This document shows positions 1-13,528 of a stretch of 64,000 nucleotides of DNA, piece after piece. Within the stretch, counting starts at the first letter, position 1; every line of letters begins with the position of its first letter. The notes beneath the pieces were generated by a model. That model was not told the DNA's origin. It saw only the letters and a list, made by a program, of their open reading frames with translations, and searched no databases. The position numbers and the translations under genes were made by a program. The DNA comes from Epiperipatus broadwayi (Eukaryota; Animalia; Onychophora), in the NCBI GenBank assembly GCA_028023455.1, contig JAQFVV010000002.1, positions 13,330,001 to 13,394,000 on the forward strand, written 5' to 3'.

Positions 1-259
1 CAAAAATAGAAGTATAGAATAGAATTTTAAATCCAACATTACAGTTTAATTATGTTGTATTTTGTAAAAGTTTTATACAAGTTTGTGCATTCCAGAAAAA
101 CTAGAATTTATATAGAGAGATTTTATTAGATCGCGAACTGATAACTTAAAAATTTAATTAAAGAATTAACATAATGGCGATAGATAAAATTCCAAGAAAT
201 ATTTGCTGATTGCAAATATTTTTAGATGAGACTATACCTTACTGGAGAAGATAATTAAT

Positions 260-850
260 TGTAGCAGTTATCAGAAATCTATAAAAAGGGTACTAACAAG
301 TATGCCAGGCCATTTTTTTGAGTGCATCTTTAGTTGACTTTCCTGTTCAATTCCGGTGTAGGAGACATCTAGTGTCAGTGCTTCAGTTAATGTTCAGTGC
401 TCAGTGGAAATGTAGTTCATGGGCATAGCTGAATAGGCCCACAGAGATTGGAAGACTGTAGCCTGAGGAAACCATCCAGATAGCAGCTAAATGAACAGTC
501 GATTTTCCAGGGTTTTCAAGTGGAGTTACTGGTGGACTGTTGCAGAGACAGAAGCTTTAGGGAGCTTATAGTCGGTCGCAGGGCTACACTATGATGAATT
601 CATGTGCAGCTAATCTGGACTAGGGCCAAGGTATGCGGAAACCTAGCCCACTGTGAACCTTTTTGTAGCAGACAGCCTGAAAGCACATCATTGAAATTGA
701 ACATTAGTGAACTGTTGAGTTAGTGTTGTTGCAGACTATTCACTATTCTGATTATCTACAATATTGTTTTTTATGTATACATTCATTTGCTGGCCGCCCA
801 GTCATACTTGCAGACACAGCAAATCAAATGTAAAATGAACAGTTCTTACA
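260..850. mobile_element. Possible solo-LTR-like repeat
   Basis: GC-richer island starting TGTAGC and ending TTCTTACA in AT-rich flanks; no convincing TSD. Confidence 0.3.
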
Positions 851-3800
851 TTTTATACATTGTGTGCGGATGCTTATGTATTTCAATGTAATAAAAATTT
901 ATTTAGTTTACTAAAATATTTATTAAATAGTAAATTATTTATTTGAAAATCAATTTAAATTTGTTTCAAATAAATATCTGAGAACTTTAGGGTTTATGAT
1001 TTATTTATTTGAATAAATATTTTAAAAATTATTTTTTATAAACCCGGAAATAAAATCTTAACTCTAAAATTTTGAGCAACAAAACCTATATCAATCTTCC
1101 TGAAAAAAAAACAAGAAACCCCAATGCATGATGGAGAATATTATATCATCTAGACATCATGTGATCACTGATATAAAAGGTGAAGTTCAAAAAATCTAGT
1201 CTCCACAAATTTTTAGTGCGGGTAGGACCTAAATATGTTCAAAATTTTAAATAGCCATTTTGTTTCTAACAATATTATGGCGGCTGAACTTACCAATAGG
1301 CAGATGCCTTTGCTAGGCATTTAACTGATCATTTTAGGAGAAAGATGGACAACAACAAACAACCAGAAAACATCAACGATTAATTCTTTATTTCAAGAAA
1401 TCTCATTTATTATAGTCTAATGTTAGTGGGAAAATAGACAGTGAATTGCAATCTCACTACTTCAATATTCAGTCACTGGATTTTCTTCAATTGAAAAATA
1501 ATGGTAAATAACTTGAAATATTTTGGGAAATTATATTTCTTAATTTCAAACAATTTGCTGACATTTATTTTCTGAAATTATTTATAATAATTATTTTCTT
1601 CACTTCAAGGAAGGATGAATATAATTCTCAATAATAAATTTATCTCTTCAATTATGAAATGAAACATTTTAATGATAACTTTTCAATTCAAATATGCCTC
1701 TGTATAAACTTGTCGCTAAAGAAACGAGTTTTAGTCCAAAAGTAATGAAAATCATTTTATTATGGATAAACTATAAGTTTATCAAAGATATGATCAGAAT
1801 TATTGACCTCATGGTTTAACAATCATAAATGAATGATTCATTTTATATCTCAAATTAATATAGTACTGAATGCTAAATTTTGGGGTAAAATCGTAACATC
1901 TGTTCAAAGGAATTAATTTGCTTTATGTAAAAAACTGAGAATGTGTATCCAGTATTTAAGGAAGTGCATTAAGAATTATGCATACTGAATACTTGAATAA
2001 CATTCAAAGAATAATAGATTATAAAGAAATATTTCATGCAACTCCTGAATTTTTGGTTCTCCAAACACAAATCAAATATAATCAACATTCAAGTTATGAG
2101 TAATCTTAAAACTGGATGAATGTGTTAAATATGGATTATCTTGGATTAACAAGCACATTAAATGGGATTTAATACTCTATGCTATTTCCAGAAAGAATGA
2201 TCTAATAAAATTGATATGAATTGTGTAAAAAAATTGGAAGGATACTTTAATATACTTTCTCATAATTGCATCTTTCTTAGTTAATTAACGTTATTGTTGT
2301 TTATTAATGTAATAAAGTTGTCTCAGATATTACTATGCTCAAGTATAGGTAATATTTTTATTTAATGTTATTATTATTGTTGAGATTGAAAGGAATTAAA
2401 TGTGATTTATTTTAGGTTTAGGTTGTATAAACATAAGTAATTATCAAATTTATATGAAATAACTATATGTTGCAAATGTTAATAATGTTTTATGGATTCT
2501 TAAAATTGTTTATTTATTATAGTATCTCTATAAATTGGCTATTATAAATTTAAAACTGTAAAAAATTTTATTGGCTTTAAGTTTTATGGTTAAACAAATG
2601 TATTCATCATTACTATTGGTTGTAGAGCGTAGGATATAGTCATTATCATGTTTAGTCTCTCATATCAACATTTATAAGAAATATAATGTTACAAAGTGTT
2701 TTAAATAGCTTTCAAAGCAGATTTTTTTTAATAGACTCCTATATTTGTATAAAGAAATACATATGCTTTCGTTATTGTTCTTATTATATAAAAGCAATAC
2801 AGAGAGTATATTGCATTTTTGTAAATACAAGCTTATAAAAGTAATGTCACGTTGTATATGACTTGCTTTTTGGTTATTATATAAAAGCTATTTGTTCATA
2901 CACGGCAACAATTTAGAATGAATATTTTAATATAAGATCAATAAAATAAGATTTGTAATTGTTTTTAATATGATTTTAAGTCATTTTTTATTTGAAAATA
3001 TAACGAGATTAATGATATATGAATTTACATTAGTTACTCTCTTAAAATATATTATATATATTTGAAATATATATTGCAATGATGCCGTTACTATGTGGAA
3101 CATATGTTTAAATCTTAACACAACTGATAAACTGGTGGTTTGGACCTGGTGAAATAACAATATGATAAATGGTTTTAGTTTATTCTTTTACAGTGATGTC
3201 CTGGTTGGCAATGCTAAATATGAAACCATTTGAAGATTAGCACTATGAATATTACTAAAAATAATTTCCAATATCAATTCACATAATGAAGCAAACTCAA
3301 AAGGATCATTATAATTAATGAGTAATCATACAACTTCAAAAATAAAAATAATAGACAATCTTGATAAAGTTATGCAGTCAATAATAGATACTAATTTATT
3401 CCAGTTAAAATAGATGTTGATTATAGTTATTAAATCGCATAAATATTTTGTAATCATAAGTAATTTCTCATCAGACAGGCTGGGGTTATCCAAATGCTTG
3501 CATAAAGATTATTGCTTAAAAGAGTTGTAAGAATGAAATTAAACATTAAAATAAAATCATTTCTGTCTGAATCATTAAAAAAAAACACATTGAAGAAGTA
3601 TATATTTATCGTGGATATACTAGTTTAAATAATGATTATTTGTCTGTTGTATTTATTATTTGATGTTTCATCTTCTGTTTTTTATTTTAAAAATCTTCCC
3701 AATATTTGATACAAATGCATATATAGTATTGTGGCAAACCAGAGTAAAGAATGGTAGTTGCATTTCTAAGAAAATGCTTTTTAATAAATTGATCAAAAAG

Positions 3801-4854
3801 ATAAAATTAAAAAGAAAGCCATTCTAAGTTTGATTGATTATTTATTTATTTTTTTTAGCCATTCTAAGTGCATTATACATGAGAAAATTTTTCCATTAGT
3901 TCAACTTTAAAAAAAAATTATCCAAAATGTCACTTCATGAACAGTAATTCTATATGTTTGAAATAATAATAGAAAATTAATTAAAAGACAAAAGTCCAGA
4001 CTTATAAGCACAAACATCATCAATAAAATAAGAAACTTCAGCAAAATATTTGTCAGTGATTAATTTAGATATGTATTCACCGGTTCTTCATCCATCTATA
4101 AAATTTCTGAAGACCAAGACTGATTCAATAGATGAGGTAATTGCTTCAGGCACCAAAATGAGAATATTTTAGAAAATGGTTTTTGTTAAATTATTAATAA
4201 AAAAATATCTAAATAAAATAAATTTAGAAAAAAGATTTTTAATATGAAAAATGACCCATCTCCTTTCTCTTTAATCAAAAGTTGTTAAAATTCTTATTGT
4301 ATTTGTTTAAGTCCTAGCTATGAAATATTTCTCAAGTAGTCCAAAAATGGTGTTTTTAAACTTTTAATTTTTCAAATTATTACAATGACCCAAGATCAAT
4401 TAAGTAATTTAGCAATAATTTATAAAGAAAACTATTACCTAAAACAAATTATAGAAAACTTATCAAGATGAAGAAATATTTAATTTTTTAATATTATTTT
4501 GAGTTTATTATTTATTTATTTAATTTCATTGTTCTTTTTTTGTTGTTGTTTGTGTATTTTTAATATTTGTTTTTATTTAATACATATTTTTTTTCTATTA
4601 CATCCATTGCTTTACTAAGTAGACAATTTTAAATAGGTACATAAAACAATCTTTTATAAGTCACATTGCAGAGCAAAGGCCTTTCCAACAAATCCTCATA
4701 GAAGAATAGTGAAGAAGGCAGAACCAATAGATAGTTAGTAAGAATGAACATTTTTCCATCCTTAGTTTATAACTAAGAATAGCTAGCCATTTAACTGGTG
4801 TTGATTAGGTTAACTGTAGACATATGGGAGCAAAAAATATTAAATCTTGAAATT

Positions 4855-4925
4855 TGACCTGGATTTGAATCCAGGCTATAGTCATGACAAGTGGATACGA
4901 TACCTCTAATATTATGAGGCTATTT
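4855..4925 (-). mobile_element. Degenerate tRNA-derived SINE head
   Basis: Minus strand has a T-arm-like stem CCTGG-ATTCAAAT-CCAGG (B-box-like) and an upstream TAGCCTCATAATATTAGAG; no intact cloverleaf. Confidence 0.35.
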
Positions 4926-5068
4926 GAAATAAATACTAATATCCTTTTCAATAATTTTTAAAGACTGTGTTTTTAAGGCTTGCCTCAGGTGCCAAAATTC
5001 ATTAGCTAGATTCTGCTAAAAAATAATTCATTTTTTACGGGTTAGAAAAAGGAACAAAAAATTCTTAC

Positions 5069-5162
5069 TTTTCATTCCTTCTAAACGAGCTGTTCGATGT
5101 TCAACAACTCCACATGATTCATATGGTCCATAATATAATTCGACACGAGCATTTTTCGGCAT
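5069..5162 (-). CDS. C10orf53: UPF0728 protein C10orf53 homolog, coding exon 1
   Basis: Translates MPKNARVELYYGPYESCGVVEHRTARLEGMK + 1 nt, then a GTAAGA donor. Closely resembles the recalled human C10orf53 N-terminus MPKNAVVILRYGPYSAAGLPVEHHTFRLQGLQ. Downstream exons were not found in 1-5068. Confidence 0.88.
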
Positions 5163-5424
5163 TTGTTATTTCTATTATTATGATAGTCTTAAAACTTTTT
5201 AAGAGTGCAAGTAGGAAAAAACGTTACCTAGGAAACTGTAATATACCGCAGTAATTCAGGGAAATAAAATAATTAAAATACTAGGAATCTTTAAAACAAA
5301 ACAAATGACGTAGTCAATTATAATTTTGAAATTATTATACATGATTGGTTTATGGATCTCATTTTTACATTCTGTTCTAAATTTCTAGTCAAGATAAACA
5401 TTATATTTAATGCGATTCTACAAA
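5163..5424. promoter_or_regulatory. Bidirectional promoter/5'UTR region between C10orf53 and NFU1
   Basis: 262 bp between two divergent ATGs; locally CpG-enriched; a YY1-like CAAAATGGCG overlaps the NFU1 start codon. Confidence 0.7.
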
Positions 5425-5486
5425 ATGGCGACTAGAATGTTACCTCGTCTTTGGAGATTTCAGTATTATGCTTTAAAACAAATTTT
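5425..5486 (+). CDS. NFU1: NFU1 exon 1 (mitochondrial targeting peptide start)
   Basis: MATRMLPRLWRFQYYALKQI + 2 nt; Arg-rich with no acidic residues; donor GTAGGC; 62 nt, phase-compatible with exon 2. Confidence 0.75.
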
Positions 5487-6959
5487 GTAGGCTTTTTAAA
5501 AATATATCTTTTTTCTTTTAAAATATTATATTTACTAACGCTGCTATTAATACATACAAAATTTATATATATATTTTTTTTGTTTCGCAAGTTGACAATA
5601 TATCTTTTTCGATTTTAATATTAGATTAATAATAATGTATGTTTTGAATTGAGTCTAGCATAAACATTTTATTTTAATCAAACGAAATTGAAATTTTTAC
5701 AAAAATTATATATTAAAAATTATTTTTAAAATTTAATGTATTTATTTTTATTGATTAACTATTTTAAAACGTTTATTAAGAAGTGATTTATTTATGCAAG
5801 TTTATGTACTTGGAACATAACAGACCGAACTTAATTTAAAACAACGTACTATTGATTGATAAATTAATATAATTAGAATAATGTTGTTTGATATATTTTT
5901 CATTCTTTAAATTTCATTTGTGATCTTATTCATGTAAATCATAAGTTCAATGCCATCTGATTGTTAGTTTCGAATTTATAATCTTTTGAAATGTATAGCA
6001 ATATAATAGTTTATATTAAAGCTAAAAGATATTTATGAATATTCTGTGTCTTGATATAGGATAAATTATTTGATACATTTCTGTGTTAACTGATATATAT
6101 ATATAGAGAGAGAAATAATTATATTTATCAATAGTGCATCAAAGCTTCAGTTGCAGTTTATAACAAATTCAAGAATGATCTAATGAACATTGTTTTTTTC
6201 AGAAGAAATGCAGAATTTATGGGAGTGTTCTTTTCAAACATCTTCAAAGTTTCTGGAATTTCTATTCAGTATTTCTAATATGGAAATTTTAGAATAATAG
6301 GGTGTGATGAAATGTAACATCCATTATTTGAGTCACGAATAAACAGATAAATAAATGGTATGAAGATTTGACTTTTTTTTTTTTATGTAACTATTTAATC
6401 TAACAAAGGATGTTTGTCTGAAGATTTGTGGTGATGTCATATAATTACTAACAAAGGTTTTCTTTTACTGAAAAAGTTTTGGATTACCAATAATTTATTA
6501 TAGTAAGTGGAGCATTTTTTGATTAATATCTTGAAAATTACTTGAAGAAAAACCACATGTGAGATGAAATTACATTTACAGCTGTGATGTCACTCATTTA
6601 ATTATCACTAAACTTATGAGAGAGAAATTTTCCTCATAGCTATATTAATAACTTAGAAATTAGTTTTTATCACTAAGGTTTCATTATGATCAAAATAATT
6701 GGATGTTTCTTTTAGTTTTATTGTCTAAAAATATGCTATGGCTTAACTTTTATATCAATAATACAACTAGCTATGATGTTATTAATATTGTCTATTTTTA
6801 TTCCATTGATAGATGACTAAAAGAGCCATATTTTAAATATCACAAATACTTAATCAGCTTCCAGAAGAGACAACTTTCCTGATTGAAACCAATATTTTGA
6901 TTGACAATATACTTTGATTTTTGTATAAAAAAGATATATTAAAAATGAAAATGTAATTC

Positions 6960-7555
6960 GGAAATAAAGCTTTGAATAATTAAAATAGATTTCAGTTAGA
7001 TTATGTATATCCTAAACTACTTTTAGAAGTAGTATTAAACAGTGATGTAGAATCTGACCATAATCTTTTTGAAGAAAGAAGAAAAACAGGATATATCCAT
7101 TAAGAAATTGAAAGGTGTCAGAAATTTTTAGGTATTGTGAATCAGAAAAATTTCTAATAAAATGTTGAGAATTATTTGAAAAAAAATAAATGAAGAGTGT
7201 ATAGATACAATCAGCTGTATGGTTAAATGATAAAAAAAAAAATTGAATTATGATAATGGAGTTTAATAGAAGTATGAAAAAAAGTATAAATATGGAAACA
7301 AATGATAGATATAGAAAGGTTAGCAATGAATGAGATGTGTGTCATGAAGAAGAAAAAAATGAGAGTCATTACAATGAAAAAAAAAAATTGATTGTTTATA
7401 GAATTGAACAATTTAAATGAAAATAATGAGATGAGAACAATCAGTTATTGAAATAAAGAATGTAAAGTTATTAATAAAGGAAAAATTATATATATGGATA
7501 TATATAATTTATATAATAAACTCATTGATATTAAATGAAATCAAAAATAAAATAT
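6960..7555 (+). mobile_element. Decayed non-LTR retrotransposon fragment (end of APE domain)
   Basis: AACAGTGATGTAGAATCTGACCATAATCTT reads NSDVESDHNL (APE SDH motif), followed by purine-rich decayed coding sequence; interrupted by the hammerhead insertion at 7567. Confidence 0.4.
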
Positions 7556-7678
7556 GTTTGAAATAAAACAAAGGCAAAACTCTCCATACAGTAGTGCCAC
7601 CCTGTGCTAAACAGAGGAATCAATGGTTGCCAGAAGGCTTGTGCATAAAATTCCTATCTAGTGCCTACTCATCCAATA

Positions 7679-7721
7679 TCCCCAGACTAGTTTCTGGCTT
7701 GTGGCCATCATCAGTGAGGAG
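7679..7721 (-). ncRNA. Type I hammerhead ribozyme (copy A)
   Basis: Minus strand CUCCUCA-CUGAUGA-UGGC CACAA GCCA-GAAA-CUAG-UC^UGGGGA: full core, helix I, helix II, palindromic minimal helix III. Confidence 0.85.
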
Positions 7722-8420
7722 CCTGGGATCTGAGAGCACTGCACCTAGATCTTAGGATCTAATGCAACCTTCCAGCAGCCACGTTTTAACTCTACTTTAC
7801 ACAAAACTATGAGAATGAAATTGAAAACATTGTTAATATCTTCAATCTAAGCTCAATAGCTTATATAGTCATATGGGTCTGAACTCAATTCAACACCCAT
7901 ACATTTTGGTGTCTTTGGCTCTTAAACAACCATAGCCACCACTATCCTATTAGGCAGGATTGGTGTTAAACCACTAAACATCACATGATCACCATCTCTA
8001 TACTAGCACATAATTGTTGTAAACAAAGGCAAAGCTCTCCATACAGTAGTGCCACCCTGTGCCAAACAGAGTAATCAATGGATGCCAGAAGGCTTGTGCA
8101 TAAAATCCCAGTTTTGCCTTTGTTTACAACAATTATGTGCTAGTATAGAGATGGTGATCATGTGATGTTTAGTGGTTTAACACCAATCCTGCCTAATAGG
8201 ATAGTGGTGGCTATGGTTGTTTAAGAGCCAAAGAGACCAAAATGTATGGGTGCTGAATTGAGTTCAGACCCATATGCCTATATAAGCTATTGAGCTTAGA
8301 TTGAATATATTAACAATGTTTTCAATTTCATTCTCATAGTTTTGTAGTAGAGTTTAAACGTGGCTGCTGGAGGGTTGTATTAGATCCTAAGATCTAGGTG
8401 CAGTGCTCTCAGTTCCAAGG

Positions 8421-8463
8421 CTCCTCACTGATGATGGCCACAAGCCAGAAACTAGTCTGGGGA
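8421..8463 (+). ncRNA. Type I hammerhead ribozyme (copy B)
   Basis: CUGAUGA 8428-8434, helix II UGGC/GCCA, GAAA 8448-8451, GUC 8455-8457. Helix I UCCUCA/UGGGGA extends beyond an internal loop (UCCAA/UUGGA, CUC/GAG, AGUGC/GCACU). Confidence 0.85.
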
Positions 8464-9222
8464 TATTGGATGAGTAGGCACTAGATAGGGATTTTATGCA
8501 CAAGCCTTCTGGCATCCATTGATTACTCTGTTTGGCACAGGGTGGCACTACTGTATGGAGAGTTTTGCCTTTGTTTACAACAATTATGTGCTAGTATAGA
8601 GATGGTGATCATGTGATGTTTAGTGGTAAGTTTGAAATAAGTAGTTAAACAGTGAACAAAACAAAGCTAAATATAAATGAAACAAATCTCAGAGAGGTAA
8701 TGAAATCAAATTAAATTGATAAATAAATTGTTGAAGAAAGTATATTCTAATGAAATGTATACTTAATTTAATATGCTTTTAAACACTAGCTGAATTTGTG
8801 TTCTATTTTCAGTTTTAATTAATTTGTTTAATTGGTCTTGATATATTTTATAATGAATGTATATATACTGGAATTAAATCGTATTTGGTCAGTGTAAATA
8901 TTCATTGTGATTATTTTACTGTAAAAAAACACATGAAATACTGTTTATTAATATATACATGCAGTGTGTATTCAGTGAGTGAACCTCTATCATTCACTGG
9001 CTCAATTTCTATGGTTTCAGTGAATCATATCTGAAGTTATAGTGATAAAAAATATAATTTGGACATTTATAGCCTAATATTTTTAATATTCCTCTAAATA
9101 TTATGTGAATATTTTATAATTTATCCCACCTACGATATATAGGCATGTGTGAATACAAATTATTGCAGACATGATTATTTTTTAAAGAAATAAATGTTTT
9201 AAGTATATTTTTACATATATAT

Positions 9223-11329
9223 TGTAACGGGACAGCGTTACATGGGGTTTAAATCTAGGAAAATATATGCATTATCACGAGACAGGCCGATGTAAACAAA
9301 CACACACACATCCAAGCAACACAAAATATTCTTAGCGTTATATTTGTAACCTTTAATAGTTTTCTTCCCATTTTAAACTACATTTATAAAATACAGATAA
9401 TAATTGTCTAATTAAATAGTTAAGGCTTTTACATAAAATTATTAATAACATTCTCTAAAAATATAATAAAAGAAAATATAATATGCTCTAATAAAAATTC
9501 AAAGATAATTTCCACTCGTATACGCCACGGGATATTTAAAATGTTTATTTTTAAATTATAGTTTTAGCAAAAAGTAAAACTCATAGAAAAGATTTGAGAA
9601 AAGATTAAATGCTCGACTTCTAAAATTAATGTAGATTGTATTGTTCTTGTAAAAACACGCACACGCATGCACTCAAAGTGTGAATGAATAAGGTTTGTTA
9701 ACTGAGATTGCAACATGAGATTGCCGAGACCAAAATTTGCCTTAAGCAAAAAGGATTGAGTGAACATTACGTCAAACACGGACCTGAACGACAACTCTTA
9801 AAAATATGGAACTCTGGGGGGAGATTGGATCCCAAGATAAAGATCACCTCGTATAAATATCCAACAAAATCTATTCAAAGGGGGATTCTAGCGTTTTTTC
9901 GGGTTGATTCTAGCGTTTTTTCAGAATTATTCTAGCTTTTCCAGACTTGTTCTAGCTTTTGAGACTGTTTGCCGTATCCAAATCCAAGATGATCGTTATA
10001 AAATTAATACTTAGAGCGTCGATTGTCATGAGGGGCTAGAAAACCCTTCAGTGATTGATCGACGCTCCGCCACCGAATATCTCCGAAGCTATGAAAATTC
10101 AATAACATCTCCACGTGAAATTACTGCTCCAACCTAATCATTATGTTCCGAGAAATACCAACATCGTCCAGACCATGCTATGCTCACTTTAAAATCTCTT
10201 CATTATGAAAGCCATCTCCCACGTTCAAATCCTCGTCTCACTCGAAGCAGCGGAAGTCAAAATCAAAATCCTAGGTAAATAGTTTATTTTATATTATGTT
10301 TCATTCACTCAATTCGTGAACTCTTAAAGGCAATCTCATAGTTAACTAACATACACTTGCGTAAATAAATCCTAAATTTGCTGTAATACTTAATCTATTA
10401 TTGTAATCTATCTTAATCGTAGGACTTTTCAAAACATGAACTTTGAACTTAAGTGATATCTAATAAACCATAATCTGTACTCTCAAAATGTAAAAAGGAA
10501 ACTTGTATTTATCATTCATACTTTATTATGTTTAATATGTTTTTCTGCGAGCGTGAATGTGTATGTGCGTGTGCGAATAAAATTCAAATTAATATTTTAT
10601 ATTTAATAAATTCGTTCAGTATATAAACAAGTCGAGCATTTCTCAAGTCTTTTCATACAATTAAGATCTTATCTCAGTTACTCTTGATCATTAATAAAGT
10701 TATCGTTAAATTATACTTATTTAGATTTAGATTTATTTTTAATTTTTCTTTTAAATATAATATGCCAACATCGTGCCGTAAGTCACGATGTTTATTTATT
10801 TTCCCTTAGTTAAGATAGACTTAAGAATTGGGCGGGTCTATAATAAATATGTAAACAAATGTCAAACAATTGTATTGAGTATAGCATATAAGGGGGGATG
10901 ATCTTATAAGCCTATTGTTCGGGGCAGAAACGAACCGTCGTATTGGTCATAAACAACCAATAATCAAGTCTAGTGCTAGGATCAATCAGTTAGCAAACTA
11001 AACTTCTTTCCCATTAGTGAACTGTGCGTCTTTTCCGTAAGGAGTTGTCTTTGAAACAATCATATAACGGCCTTGAGTAACCTTATTGGTCCATGCTGGG
11101 AGTTTGAGCTGGTGGGCGGGATTAGACTTCGAAATCGTTTTGATGTGACGTAAGGTGATGCGAGAAATTAAATTCCACTTAAATAATCGTATCTGGCGCC
11201 CCCTTGTGTGGATAGTGAATAACTATCGATATAAGTAAATAAATAAAGCTTTACGCTATGTCATGTTTATTTCGAAGCCCGAATCTCTGTTAGGGAAGTA
11301 GCGACCAACTGAATATCAGGCGCATGACA
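9223..11329. mobile_element. Large solo LTR (LTR retrotransposon remnant)
   Basis: Starts TGTAACG, ends CATGACA, flanked by ATAT(AT) direct repeats (9219-9222 and 11330-11333); CpG-rich, AATAAA motifs, short CTAGC subrepeats; no gag/pol. Confidence 0.6.
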
Positions 11330-12289
11330 ATATATAAAAGAGGAGAAAAAAATAGAATTTTTAGTTTTGATAGGAATGAAAAATTAATTTCTGTTTAATT
11401 AATTTTTTTTTTAATCTGTAAAAGTAGACTTCTTTTAGCAAACAGGTTTATGTAAAATAAATAAATATTAAAGAGTGATGATAATTATGGTAAATATTTT
11501 TTAAATATGTTAAAATCAAAAATGTCCTATTTAATTTGATGTCAATAATGAATTCTATATAAGAAGATAGTCAAGATAATTAGAGGACCCTGGAACAAAA
11601 AGTATGCAATATTAAAGTATTATCTGATAATTGCAAAATGACCATCATCATTTAAAAGAGATGGCTGTAAGATGAAAATAGATTGTATTTACTGTATAAC
11701 TGCAGAAATTTTTTTAGATGTTGATTGAAAACTGCACCTTGAATTTCTCTTTGAGACCTTAGTGAAGCCAAGTAGGACTAAATTTCTAATGTCATAAGTC
11801 TTTGTTGTTGCAATTGTTTATTACTATGTGATTATTAATATAGTAAGCATATGTGAATGGGCTGCTCTCCAACTCACATCATCCAGCATTAGTGAATTTA
11901 CTAGCTTTTTACTTCTTAAGTTTAATTAAGATCAAGAAAAACTTCATGGGATTTTTTCTCAGTTGCCTGATAGTTCTTAACTGAAATATCAGATGAATTT
12001 TTTTGAAGGCAGGATGAATGTGTGTATGTTAATGATCTGTTTTTTTTATATATATAAATATTTACAATCATGACAGATAAAACTAAATTATAGCTTTTAT
12101 TGCCAGAAGATTACTAAGTTGCCAGTCCAGGCAGCTGAAGGCCTCTGATTGTGGACCTAAACTAATATTTGTTGTTGATGTTTTTATTTATGTATTTAAA
12201 ACTGTAGATCCTTTTTATAAAGAAGGAAGATTGTATAAATTGGAAGAAAGCTGTTTAATATTAAATGGTGCATTGTTGAGCTTTGTGAA

Positions 12290-13528
12290 ATTAAAAAATG
12301 AATGGGTAAAATTTGCTATAAAGGCACAACTATGGGAAGCACAAGTGGAGTTGGATTCATTATAAATAAAAAGTGGAAGAACAACATTGTGGAGATTGAT
12401 GATATGTCAGAGAAAGTGGCGAGAATTAATTATTCAGATTAATAGAAGATATCAAGTGCAGATAATTAAGGTTTATGCCCCAACAAATTTGGGAAGTAAA
12501 GGATTTTTATGTGGATATATATAAAATGTTATCAGAACAAACATTTTTGTCATGGGAGATTTTAATGTGTTGTGGATAAATTTGATTATAGTGATAGAAA
12601 TGAGAAAGGACACAAACTTGTTGTAGTTAACAAAAAAACCAAAAACTGTATATTATGAAGTATCCAAATGAAAATACAGTGGAATTGGATTATATGATTA
12701 TATTTTCATTAACTGAAAATATATATTTCAAGATTGTAATGCTTTTAAATATAGGAGATTAATGAGATATAAAGTATATGTTAATATAATCTAGAGAGAG
12801 AAAAACTATTAAGAAAGGCGGTATTTATAATTGTTATTCCTAATCTTCAGAAATACTCCAGTGAATTTTAATTATAGGTAGAAAATGCTTTAAAAATAGT
12901 ATCAAAGTTTGAAATGGTTCGTACTTGATTGAAATCAGTAAGAAAATAATTTAACAATTGTATTTTTTATAGCTTTTCTCTCCAGCGCTTTACACGCTCC
13001 TAATTTTATTTTATTTTAATACTCTTATTAAAAACTCCATTAACAGATGATATAAAAAAGTAGCAATTTTCTACTGAGACAAGATAGAATATGAAGGAAA
13101 GAAGGAATATAAATGTTTTTAAAAATGATTCATTAAGAATATCTAGAATTTATAACATGGTTCAAGAAAGAGTTAATGATATAAGAAAATGTAATTGTTA
13201 ATTAGCAAAGAAAGCTTTAGAAAAAAATTAAAATCACAGAACTATAAAACAACATCTTAATATCAGAAGAAAAATTGTTTTCGGTAGTAAAACAGAAATA
13301 GAACTATTATTAAAAAAAGAGATAACATCATGAAATATTTAGAAGAGTTCTATAAAGAATTACAATAGAGACTAAGAAACAAAATATCCCCAATAATTAA
13401 TGCATCTTTTGAGTTGCCAAATATTTTAAATGAAGAGGTGAAAGGAAAAATTCCAAGAAGAGATGGAATTATTATTGATGTTTTAAAAGAAGCAGATGTA
13501 AAAGTAGAAATTTTTTTGGCAAAGCTAT
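12290..13528 (+). mobile_element. RTE-clade LINE, 5' part (APE endonuclease and linker), decayed
   Basis: Decayed frames give GVGFIINKKW (~12347), VYAPT (~12471), VMGDFN (~12549) and DGIIIDVLKEA...FLAKL at the end. Confidence 0.8.

Larger units (their letters stand above)
7567..8629. mobile_element. Fold-back insertion of hammerhead-ribozyme tandem repeat, locus 1
   Basis: About 1.2 units of a 455-bp repeat (CAAAGGC recurs at 7569 and 8024), followed by about 1.1 units inverted; flanked by the 11-bp direct repeat GTTTGAAATAA (7556-7566 and 8630-8640). Confidence 0.9.

Noticed and set aside
3085-3240. Strong-looking acceptor TTATTCTTTTACAG at 3193 followed by short open frames (DVLVGNAKYETI* or MSWLAMLNMKPFED*)
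   Set aside because: No recognisable homology, a weak upstream donor and only a ~47-nt putative intron; cannot be tied to a gene.
1-5068. Search for C10orf53 exons 2-3 (GH..LE...VNGE and GDG.LDPLC motifs)
   Set aside because: No phase-compatible minus-strand exon with these motifs found; they probably lie left of the window.
6133-6357. Alternative NFU1 exon 2 candidates near 6203
   Set aside because: In-frame stops or wrong phase; 19257-19348 fits both phases with strong splice sites.
7012-7411. Track ORFs of 104 and 62 aa on the minus strand
   Set aside because: F/I/L-rich antisense shadows of purine-rich decayed LINE sequence.
8163-8269. Pol III A/B boxes in the hammerhead repeat unit (TGATGTTTAGTGG, GAGTTCAGACC)
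   Set aside because: The A-box match is poor and the B-box has a mismatch; too weak to call the unit a tRNA-SINE.
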